64,000 nt of DNA from Bacteroidales bacterium (GTDB lineage Bacteria > Bacteroidota > Bacteroidia > Bacteroidales > UBA7960): the NCBI GenBank assembly GCA_012521995.1, contig JAAYLH010000009.1, positions 38,411 to 102,410 of the forward strand. The letters are read 5' to 3'. Positions 9,051 to 17,571 of this stretch are shown here, piece after piece. Position 1 is the first letter of the stretch; each line of letters starts with the position of its first letter. The notes under the pieces were generated by a model. That model had not been told where the DNA came from, ran no database searches, and was given only the letters and a program-made list of their open reading frames with translations. Position numbers and translations under genes: made by a program.

Positions 9051-10223
9051 CTAAACACGGCCATCCAGTACCTGGTGGATGGTTCGTGCCGCGGTTCCCG
9101 TTTCTAAAGAGGCCCCACATTTCCTCAGGGCGGTTTCTATGGCATCGGCAGTGGCAAGGAGGTCGTTTCGGTTCACGACACCCATATGGCCCACCCTGAA
9201 ATACTGCCCCTTAATGTCGGGCAACAGCCCTCCTGCCACAATGATCCCTGCGCCAGCGATGTGACCCAGCAGGTCTGCGGCCTTCATACCCTCGGGGTAA
9301 TAAGGGGCCGATAAGGTATTGGCTGACAGGCTTTCGCTGGTGGGGATCATCTTTAGCCCCAATGCGGTCATTGCGGCGCGGAAGGCCTGCCCGGTGCGCC
9401 GATGCCGGTGGAACCGCTCTTCCAGTCCCTCTTTAAGGATCAGGTCCAGGCTCTTTTCCAGGGCGATGATCAGGTTGACGGCAGGGGTGCCAAAGTAGGA
9501 GGGTTCCCTGTTTTCATAAGCCTGCATAATGGGCAGCCAGTGGGCCCAGTCACCATAATAATTTGCCACAGGGGTCCTTCGATTTTTGAATGCCTCCATC
9601 GCTTTGGGCGATACGACAAACAAGGCCAGTCCCGGGGGCACGCCAATGGCTTTCTGCGAGGCGGTAAGCACCACGTCGATGCCCCACTCTTGCTGACGGA
9701 TCTCCTCGCCAGCCACCGAGCATACTCCATCGAGGACGGTCAGTACATCATATTTTTGTCCGAGGGCGCCCAGGGCTCGCGCATCATTAAGTACTGCCGT
9801 TGAGGTATCTACATGGGTGAAGGTCATCATTTTGTATTTCTTTTCTCTCAGCCTGGCCTCAACCGTTGCGAGGGGGACCATATTCCCGGTCTCAGCCCTT
9901 AGGATATCCACCACCGCGCCATAGCGCTTCAGCAGCTCGGCATAGCGTTCGCCAAAGTAACCTGTGGAGATGACCAGGACGAGGTCGCCCGGCTCGGTAA
10001 GGCAAGCCCCTACCGAGTCCATGGCCAGGGTGCCTGTTCCCGCCAGGATAAAGGGCTGGCCTGAGGGGCACTGGCATACCCGGCGCATCATTTCAAGCGA
10101 GCGGCCAAAAGTGGCTATGAAGTCGGGGTCCACGTGGCTTGGCGTGGGGATGGCCATGGATTGCATTACTTCAGGATCGAACTCAATGGGCCCGGGGATC
10201 ATTAATAACTTACGTCCTTTCAT
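9051..10223 (-). CDS. Class V PLP aminotransferase (alanine-glyoxylate/serine-pyruvate family)
   Basis: LMIPGP, HVDTST, ASQKA (PLP Lys) and FRVGHMG motifs. Confidence 0.9.
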   Translation of the reverse strand: MKGRKLLMIPGPIEFDPEVMQSMAIPTPSHVDPDFIATFGRSLEMMRRVCQCPSGQPFILAGTGTLAMDSVGACLTEPGDLVLVISTGYFGERYAELLKRYGAVVDILRAETGNMVPLATVEARLREKKYKMMTFTHVDTSTAVLNDARALGALGQKYDVLTVLDGVCSVAGEEIRQQEWGIDVVLTASQKAIGVPPGLALFVVSPKAMEAFKNRRTPVANYYGDWAHWLPIMQAYENREPSYFGTPAVNLIIALEKSLDLILKEGLEERFHRHRRTGQAFRAAMTALGLKMIPTSESLSANTLSAPYYPEGMKAADLLGHIAGAGIIVAGGLLPDIKGQYFRVGHMGVVNRNDLLATADAIETALRKCGASLETGTAARTIHQVLDGRV

Positions 10224-10297
10224 TGGAATATCCTTCTTTTTTCTGTTATGTGTAGAATAAATTATTTTTGTTTATTGTTTTTTTGGCTTGTCGGTGA

Positions 10298-11836
10298 TCA
10301 GGGCAGGAGAGGTGGTTTACGGTGATGGGTGGCCTGTTCGTAGGCATAGGTAAGCCTGATCAGGGTAGGCTCGGCGTACATCCTTCCGAGGAACTGAATG
10401 CCTGCAGGGAGACCCTGGCCGCTGTATCCCATAGGAACAGAAAAGGCAGGCTGGCCGGTATGCGGGGCAATGATCTGGCTGTTGTCGCCCTTGTATTCCT
10501 CACGGAAACGGGCAATGTGCGCGGGCGGGTAATTCCAGGAGGGATACACAATAGCATCCAGTTGCAGGGCATCCATCGTTTGTTCGATGGCTTCTCTGAA
10601 GGCAATGCTACGGGAATCCTGATATACATCAGGGCATTCCGTCACGGAGTTTTGGCCCCTTCCGCGGTGATTCTTGAAATAATCGAGGGAGCCCGCGGCA
10701 TACTCTGAGTTGGTTCCAATGCGAATGATGTCTTCCAGTTTAGCTAGGGTGTCGCGCCTTACCCAGGTCTGGAGGTAGTCTTCCACATCCTTCCGGAAAT
10801 CGTCGCACCACTGGTTTTGGCGCAAATCGTCAAAGCCCGGAATCTCAACCGAGTCAATGATCACAGCGCCCTGTGCTTCCATTTCGTCAAGGGCCTGCCT
10901 GAAGAGGGAGCGGATTTCGGGATGCACGTCATCATAGCTTAAGGAGCCCAGCACCCCGATGCGTGCACCCTGAAGGCCTTCATGATCCAGGTATTGCAGG
11001 TAGTTTTCCGAAACCTTTCCTTTTCCATGTCTGGTGATGGGATCAAGGGGGTCGAAGCCGGCCATCACTTCCAATACCCTGGTGGCATCCTCCACACTGC
11101 GGCACATTGGACCTACTATATCGTTGCGCAGGTATAGGGGAATAATGGCGCTGCGGCTGATCAGTCCTTGGGTGGTGCGAAAACCAACTAAAGCGCAGTG
11201 TGAGGCCGGCCCGCGGATGGAGTTGCCCGTATCGGTGCCCAGGCCGATCACGGCCAGGTTTGCTGCCACAGCGGCGGCGGTGCCGCCGCTGGAACCCGCG
11301 GGGACAAATTCCAGCCCGTAGGGGTTACGGGTGATGCCTGCCGTCGAACTCTCCGTGTGCATCGGGCTGAACGCCCATTCGGCCATATTTGATTTGGCCA
11401 GGATGATGGCCCCTGCCTCTTTTAGTTTCTTGATGATGAAGGCATCGTCTTCGGGAATGAAATCTTTTAAGGCCAGTGCCCCTGCTGTGGTGGGCATCCC
11501 AGCGGTATTGATGTTGTCCTTCACAATAAGCGGGATGCCATGCAAGGGCCTTAAAATCCCTGTTGCTTTATATTCGCGGTCGAGCGCTTCAGCCACTGCA
11601 AGGGCATCGGGCTTGATGAAAGTCAGGGCGTTCAGGGTATCGTTCCATTGTGTAATGCTTTCCAGGTAAGCCTCCACCAACTGCACTGAGGTAAGCCTGT
11701 CTTCCTCAAAAGCCCGGTGGATCTGGGCAATACTTAGCTCGGCAATGTTCATTGGTTCATTTGTTTTTGCGTTTCTGCAGCTGTAGGTCCCTGCCAGAAA
11801 CAATAGGGCAAGGAGGAAGGAAATGATTCTCTTCAT
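10298..11836 (-). CDS. Amidase-signature family enzyme, predicted lipoprotein
   Basis: LHGIPLIVKDNI, GSSGG and GTDTGNSIRGP motifs; lipobox TYSC. Confidence 0.9.
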   Translation of the reverse strand: MKRIISFLLALLFLAGTYSCRNAKTNEPMNIAELSIAQIHRAFEEDRLTSVQLVEAYLESITQWNDTLNALTFIKPDALAVAEALDREYKATGILRPLHGIPLIVKDNINTAGMPTTAGALALKDFIPEDDAFIIKKLKEAGAIILAKSNMAEWAFSPMHTESSTAGITRNPYGLEFVPAGSSGGTAAAVAANLAVIGLGTDTGNSIRGPASHCALVGFRTTQGLISRSAIIPLYLRNDIVGPMCRSVEDATRVLEVMAGFDPLDPITRHGKGKVSENYLQYLDHEGLQGARIGVLGSLSYDDVHPEIRSLFRQALDEMEAQGAVIIDSVEIPGFDDLRQNQWCDDFRKDVEDYLQTWVRRDTLAKLEDIIRIGTNSEYAAGSLDYFKNHRGRGQNSVTECPDVYQDSRSIAFREAIEQTMDALQLDAIVYPSWNYPPAHIARFREEYKGDNSQIIAPHTGQPAFSVPMGYSGQGLPAGIQFLGRMYAEPTLIRLTYAYEQATHHRKPPLLP

Positions 11837-11856
11837 GGTGATGTATGGTAATGGTA

Positions 11857-12717
11857 CTAGGTTATGTTAAGTATTTCATTCCTTGTAATAAATGACGAAG
11901 GCAGGGGCATTTGGTAAACGCTTTCCCTTAGGAAAGCCCCGAAGGCTTTGCAATCATTGAATTGCTTTTGCTTTTCCACAGGGATGATCTCCCCGATGCC
12001 CAGGCGCTGGGTTTTTTGGCTTTTGTTGAATACCTCGTGGGGCATTCTCAGCAGCCTGACTCGCCAGTTAATTAGCCCCAGGGAATAAAAGAAGGGGGAG
12101 TTGGTGTCAAAAAACCGGATGGGGAGAATGGGGACCCTGGCCTTATGGATCAGGCGGATGATGCTTTCCTGCCACTGGCGGTCCCTGATGCGCATTTCTT
12201 TAAGGCTGAAATCGGAAACAGCACCCGATGGGAAAAAGCCTGCGGGATGGCCTCCTTTCAGATGGCTGAGGGTTTGACGAATACCTTGCAGGTTTGCTGC
12301 TGAGATGTCTTGTTTCTTGTTCCCGGTGGGGTTGACGGTAATAAAATTCTCGCCCATGGCCTTGATCATACCAAGAAACCGGTTGACCATAAATTTATAA
12401 CCCGATCGAAGATGACCGAACAGGTCTATCAGGATGATCCCATCGAGGGCGCCGTAAGGATGGTTGCTCACCGTGATAAAGGCTCCATAGGGCAGTTGTT
12501 TCAGGCGATCGGCATGGCCCACTGCATAATTTACGCCCAGGTCTTCCAGCAGGCTTCCTGCGAAATCAGCCCCACTAAGATGACCTGAGCGGTCGTAGAG
12601 GGCATTGACCTTATCGATGGCGGTCAGGCGCAGGAAAAAACGCGCCAGGCATTGACCGCTTTTTCCGCAAAAAACAGGGGATAAACGCCCCAGCTCTTCC
12701 GCGCTGATGACTCCCAT
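11857..12717 (-). CDS. PlsC-like lysophospholipid acyltransferase (hemolysin-like family)
   Basis: HX4D motif SNHPYGALDG and FFPSGAVS. Confidence 0.85.
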   Translation of the reverse strand: MGVISAEELGRLSPVFCGKSGQCLARFFLRLTAIDKVNALYDRSGHLSGADFAGSLLEDLGVNYAVGHADRLKQLPYGAFITVSNHPYGALDGIILIDLFGHLRSGYKFMVNRFLGMIKAMGENFITVNPTGNKKQDISAANLQGIRQTLSHLKGGHPAGFFPSGAVSDFSLKEMRIRDRQWQESIIRLIHKARVPILPIRFFDTNSPFFYSLGLINWRVRLLRMPHEVFNKSQKTQRLGIGEIIPVEKQKQFNDCKAFGAFLRESVYQMPLPSSFITRNEILNIT

Positions 12718-12757
12718 ATCTTTAATGTTCTTTTTTTATCCGTATCCTTTCCTGTTG

Positions 12758-13888
12758 TCAGGGTTTCAATTTTTTTATATAACACCTGGCCCGCTTGTGC
12801 TGCCTGAATTCAAAGCGGTGCCACAGGTTCTGCACCTTATGGTTTTCCTCCAGCTCACGGGTGGTCTCCACATTGGTGATGCCACTTTTTATGGCCGCAT
12901 TCCCGATGTCAAAAAAGATCAGGGCATTCACCCCTTTGTCCTTATAAGCGCTATCAATGGCAATCAGCAAGGAATCGAGGGTGTCGTTCTTCATAAGTGC
13001 CCGTTGAATATGCACCAGCCCCAAGGGAAACAACCTCCCCTTTCCTTTTTGCATGGCTTTGGACAGGGAGGGCATACAAAAGCCGAACCCAACAATTTTT
13101 CCCTCTTCATTCTTTACCACCGAAATATACTTGAGCCGCAGCACAGGGAGAAACTGTTTTTTCAGCGATTCGATCTGTGCTTTGGTAAGTTGCGAGAAAC
13201 CGTGGATGTTGTCGTACTCTTGATTCAGCAGTTCAAAGACTTGGTCCAGTTGGCTCAACAGTTCCTTCTTGGTCTTAAACCTAATGGATTGGAGCTTGTG
13301 ACGCTGCTTGATGATCTCCGCCATTTTGACGTACTTTTCAGGAAGGACGGGGGGGACCTTTACATTAAACTCAAGCCAGTCCACCTCTTTTTCGAAGCCC
13401 AATTTTTCCATCATGGGCCCGTAATAGGGGAAGTTGTATTTTCCGTAAACCGTGGGGATTTCCTCAAAGCCTTCGATGAGAGTGCCTGAAACATCAAAGT
13501 CGGTCATACCCAGGGGGCCATGCAGGCATTCGGCCTGTTGCTCCCTGGCCCATTGCTCAACGGTTTGTACCAGGGCTTTTAAAACGTCTTCGTCTTCAAT
13601 GAAATCGAGCCAGCCAAAACGCATGTATTTGGTGGCTGTCTTCTCGTTGTATATGGGGTTGATGATCCCTGCAATGCGGCCCACCAAACGGTTGCGTTCA
13701 TCAAAGGCCATCCAGTATCTGATCTGGCAGAATTCAAAGGCAGGGTTTTTGGTGCGCGATAATGTATTCATTTCTCCCGTAACCAGTTGTGGTACGTAAT
13801 ATGGATTGCCCTTATAGAGGCGGTTGGGGAATTCAACAAACCTCTTCATTTCACGGCGGGTGTTCACTTCCCTGATGGTTACCTTCAT
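12758..13888 (-). CDS. GNAT-like N-acyltransferase, YghO / bacterial ceramide synthase (bCerS)-like family
   Basis: FP..LYKGNPYYVP, NPAFEFC, VGRIAGIIN, RFGWLDFIED, GPLGMTDFD and YNFPYY motifs. Confidence 0.75.
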   Translation of the reverse strand: MKVTIREVNTRREMKRFVEFPNRLYKGNPYYVPQLVTGEMNTLSRTKNPAFEFCQIRYWMAFDERNRLVGRIAGIINPIYNEKTATKYMRFGWLDFIEDEDVLKALVQTVEQWAREQQAECLHGPLGMTDFDVSGTLIEGFEEIPTVYGKYNFPYYGPMMEKLGFEKEVDWLEFNVKVPPVLPEKYVKMAEIIKQRHKLQSIRFKTKKELLSQLDQVFELLNQEYDNIHGFSQLTKAQIESLKKQFLPVLRLKYISVVKNEEGKIVGFGFCMPSLSKAMQKGKGRLFPLGLVHIQRALMKNDTLDSLLIAIDSAYKDKGVNALIFFDIGNAAIKSGITNVETTRELEENHKVQNLWHRFEFRQHKRARCYIKKLKP

Positions 13889-13970
13889 GGGTTGAATGAA
13901 TTAATAGCCCTTACTGCCTGGGCAGTGGCTAAGTTCAATACAAGCGTTAGGATGGTCAAATTTAGCTAAT

Positions 13971-14459
13971 TTACGAAAGGAAGTATATAACATCGTTAAT
14001 AAATTCGGTGACTCCCTGTTCTATTTGCCGCATCAATGCAGGCTGGTGGTCGAAATCAGGATGTTCTGCAAGAGGGAGGGCCACGATTGCGTCCACCCCT
14101 TTGCCCGGCTCGGTCAGGGGTGCCTTATCCCAGCCTTTTTTTCTGAATAATTCACGGTAATGGTTTTGAACATGCCTGTTCACGGCTCCCAGCCAAACCT
14201 CAAAACGCATGGGCTTGTGCAGAAAAACGATGGCTATCTTCAGATCCTTTTTCTTCAGTATGGGCGGGGAATAAGAAAAGTAGGTCATGTCCATGTAGCC
14301 TTGGTAGATGCTGCCGGGAATGAGATGATCGGGGTATTTTTCCTTAAGGTATGAGCGCAGGGCAGAGTAAAAATCGAACAAGCCCCTGTAGGCCTGCTGT
14401 ATCATTCCCTTGTCCAGTTGTTTTTTATACTCTTGCATGTGTTGGTTAAGCGATGTCAT
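13971..14459 (-). CDS. Hypothetical protein (DUF7000-like)
   Basis: 162-aa ORF; YQGYMDMTYF and FEVWL motifs recalled from this family. Confidence 0.6.
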   Translation of the reverse strand: MTSLNQHMQEYKKQLDKGMIQQAYRGLFDFYSALRSYLKEKYPDHLIPGSIYQGYMDMTYFSYSPPILKKKDLKIAIVFLHKPMRFEVWLGAVNRHVQNHYRELFRKKGWDKAPLTEPGKGVDAIVALPLAEHPDFDHQPALMRQIEQGVTEFINDVIYFLS

Positions 14460-14513
14460 GGCGGTTGATATGTTTGTTTTACAGGAAATTTTGGTCAGGT
14501 CCTTGGCGGATGT

Positions 14514-15734
14514 TTATTTCTTGCATCTTGTTTTTCGGATAAAAAAGAGAGACATCGAAACGATAGCCAGTAACAAAAGGAAGAAAGCCTGATACCCGAA
14601 TTTTTCTATTGCCAGCCCTCCCACAAGGGGGAATAGGGCGGGCAAAATATTGCCGGCGCCTGCAAAGCCCGTATACACTGCTCTTTTTTCCTTGTTGCTG
14701 ATCTCAAGCAGCACCCCGTTCATGCTGATAGTGTAAAGAGAAAAAATAATTCCTCCGGCAATAAAGATATATTTTAGGGAAACATCGCTCTTTATCAGCA
14801 TGGTGTTGATGATCAGCAGAATGGAAAGGATGGCATTCAGGTATAGGATTGAGTTGTATTTAATCTTCTTTGATGTAAGAAAAACAAGGAGGCTGACCGA
14901 TACCACCCCTATAACCTTGAAAATAAGAAAGTTTCCTGTGTCGCTGCTCTGGGTGTTCACCGTGTCCTTGGCATAAAGCATCACAAAAGGCAGGAACGAA
15001 ATCATTAAGCCCTGGGTATTGATGAAGCCGAGGAAATAGGCAAGCCTTGGATTAAGCGAAAGCTCAGATCTAAGCAATCGGAAAAACGTTTTGATGCCAC
15101 TAATTTTCAATGCAGAGGGTTCCGTTTCCCTGATTTTCCAGAAACCGCCCGAGGCGATCAGCAAGAGGCTTCCCCCGATGAAGAACATTGCGGCGAAGTT
15201 TACCGGATATGCAAAGGAAGTCAGTGCTTTCTTTGCCAGGAAAGCTGATATCAGCACAACACTGCCGGCCACCAATTGCTTGACCGAGAAAAAAGTCTTG
15301 CGCTTGGTCTCGTCCACGCTCTTTCCCAGGATGTCCGTGTAGCTGATGTTTGTAAAAGCCCCTGCAAAAGAGAAGGTAGAGATGAAAAGGAAAATGAACC
15401 ACAAAATATTTCCAGAAAAATTTGACCTGAGGTAGAACAGGATTACCCCCAGGGCAAACAGGGACAATATCCGCGTGTTGATGCCCAGCAGCAGGAATTT
15501 TTTCTTAAAGGGCCGGTTGCTTACATAAGGGGCAAACAATAATTGCGAAAAACTGGCACCTCCCAGCATGATGGCTGTCATGATGCCGATATGCACGGCA
15601 CCGCCGCCGGATTCAATAATCATGGCAGGTATGATGGTATCTACATCCATGAAATTCTGGGCAAGGGCCAGGAAGCCTGCATGCCAGAGAAAAGCATGAA
15701 AGTTATGGGTGGAAATCTTTGGCGTTAAGGTCAT
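14514..15734 (-). CDS. MFS transporter
   Basis: 406 aa with about 12 hydrophobic segments. Confidence 0.8.
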   Translation of the reverse strand: MTLTPKISTHNFHAFLWHAGFLALAQNFMDVDTIIPAMIIESGGGAVHIGIMTAIMLGGASFSQLLFAPYVSNRPFKKKFLLLGINTRILSLFALGVILFYLRSNFSGNILWFIFLFISTFSFAGAFTNISYTDILGKSVDETKRKTFFSVKQLVAGSVVLISAFLAKKALTSFAYPVNFAAMFFIGGSLLLIASGGFWKIRETEPSALKISGIKTFFRLLRSELSLNPRLAYFLGFINTQGLMISFLPFVMLYAKDTVNTQSSDTGNFLIFKVIGVVSVSLLVFLTSKKIKYNSILYLNAILSILLIINTMLIKSDVSLKYIFIAGGIIFSLYTISMNGVLLEISNKEKRAVYTGFAGAGNILPALFPLVGGLAIEKFGYQAFFLLLLAIVSMSLFFIRKTRCKK

Positions 15735-16148
15735 TGATATGTATCCACGAAGGAAATTGAATGATTCTTTTTCTGAACGAAAACAAACAATTCAAATGTA
15801 GGAAATAATTGTACAGGTATTGCTGTTTCAGGCTTTTGCCAGCAGGGCTCAATGCTTTTTCAATTGGGTTTTTTTCTGTTTCGTTAGGATTTAAATTCTC
15901 AGGGCCGTCTAAAACCCTTGATTATGAGCCTGATTCTTGTTCTGCAGAATTCCCTGTTTTTGTTCTGAATAGGCGGTTCACATAATATCCGGAGTGGTTT
16001 GGGGTACCCACACAGGCGGGGGTTTAATGTTTAGCCGGGGCAAGCTGAAGATTCGGATCAATCGCCTGGTTTTTGACTTGTAATGAACCACCGTAGATGG
16101 CAGGGGATTTCAGGGGCTTAAATGGCTTAATACAGTCGTGCGGGTATG

Positions 16149-16220
16149 AGTTTAGACGGTGTATATTCGGTTTAAAACGAATATACACCGTCTAAACACC
16201 GTTTAAACCCCTGATTTGGT
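16149..16220. repeat. 11-bp-period palindromic element (copy 2)
   Basis: agtttagacgg tgtatattcgg TTTAAA acgaatataca ccgtctaaaca ccgtttaaacc. Perfect 20-bp inverted repeat at 16150-16169/16178-16197. Confidence 0.88.
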
Positions 16221-16302
16221 CTGGCTTTTGAGGGTTTTTGTATCATTTCAGCAAAGGGAAAAATGCTCTCCATAAGGAAAGGAAAATTTCAAAGCTTCTG
16301 AT

Positions 16303-16310
16303 TATCTTTG
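16303..16310 (+). promoter_or_regulatory. Bacteroidota -7 promoter element (TATCTTTG)
   Basis: TAnnTTTG match upstream of the CDS at 16398. Confidence 0.5.
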
Positions 16311-16397
16311 CAAACGGTATGGTATCCCTGAAAAAATGCTCCTTTTCAGCTCTGTTTCATCAGGATTGACAAGTGACTTGCTTATAAAAGGTACTTT

Positions 16398-17558
16398 ATG
16401 AAGAGATTGTATTCTATCAGCTTTTTGCTAATCCTGGCCCTGAGTTTTGGGGGTTGCGCGTTATTACAGCCCTTGCAGAAGAGCCAGATCATCTCGGTAT
16501 TTCACCTGATCGAAACGGCCAAGTACAATGAGGCCAAAGGGGTTGTCGACGAGATGATCAACAACGAGGAATCGGCCGAATGGGCCAGGGTGTGGTATGC
16601 CCGTGGCTTGCTTAGCCAAACAGCTTATCGCGAAGGGATCAAAAAGAACGACAAGAAGTTGTATGAACTTTATCCCGAACAGTTGTATGTGGCCTTCGAC
16701 TCGTATGAGCGCGCCGTGGAGCTGGACAAAAGGGGGCGGCTTGAGAAACAGCTGAAACCCAATTATGTGTTGCTTGTCAACGACCTGCAGAGCCTTGGTG
16801 AGCGTGAGTTTAAGGCGGGGAAGTACCCGGAAGCCCTCAAGGCTTTTGAACATGCGCTTTGCATCACCGACCTTGTGGATCAGTCAAAGGATCAGGACAC
16901 GGCCCTGGTCTACAATGCTGCCTTGGCTGCCTATGAGGGCGATAACTGGGCAAAGGCTAAGGAGCACCTGGGGCGCCTTCACAGCATCAGGTATTCGGTC
17001 AATGTGACCCACCTCTTTTTCAATGCCCAGTTGAATGCCGGGGATACCCTTGCGGCTCAGAGGGCTCTTGAGGAAGGCATTGATTTCTTTGAAGAAGATG
17101 AGATCCTGGTTTTGCTTCTGGCCGATTTACAGGTCAGGCTGGGTGAGCCCGACCAGGCCATCGGGGTGTTGGATGCCGCCATTGCCCGCTCGCCAGAAAA
17201 TGCCGTTTATCACAATACCAAGGGCCTGATCTATCAGAAAAATGAGGCTTACCAAGATGCTATCACCGCCTATGAACAGGCCATAGCCCTTGACCCCGAT
17301 GACCTGATGGCCTTCCTGAATATCGCCACCAGCTATTACAACATCGGGGTGGAGATTGAAGAAGGCACCTTGACGATGACCAATATATACCTTGTGCAGC
17401 GCGAGAAGGAAAAGTCGGCCCTTGCCCTGGAGTCGGCTGTTGAATGGCTCGATAAGGTGTATGAAAAGGAGCCCACAGACCCTGAAGTCCGCAATCGCAT
17501 GTATGAGCTTTACCGTGTGTTGCGCATCAACGAAAAGGTCATTTCCCTGGAAGACTAG
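16398..17558 (+). CDS. Tetratricopeptide-repeat protein, likely lipoprotein
   Basis: Signal peptide ending FGGC and several TPR patterns (e.g. AITAYEQAIALDP). Confidence 0.82.
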   Translation: MKRLYSISFLLILALSFGGCALLQPLQKSQIISVFHLIETAKYNEAKGVVDEMINNEESAEWARVWYARGLLSQTAYREGIKKNDKKLYELYPEQLYVAFDSYERAVELDKRGRLEKQLKPNYVLLVNDLQSLGEREFKAGKYPEALKAFEHALCITDLVDQSKDQDTALVYNAALAAYEGDNWAKAKEHLGRLHSIRYSVNVTHLFFNAQLNAGDTLAAQRALEEGIDFFEEDEILVLLLADLQVRLGEPDQAIGVLDAAIARSPENAVYHNTKGLIYQKNEAYQDAITAYEQAIALDPDDLMAFLNIATSYYNIGVEIEEGTLTMTNIYLVQREKEKSALALESAVEWLDKVYEKEPTDPEVRNRMYELYRVLRINEKVISLED

Positions 17559-17571
17559 ATGAAGTAATCCG

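Noticed and set aside
12707-13489. 260-aa plus-strand ORF
   Set aside because: Antisense shadow of the GNAT-like gene.
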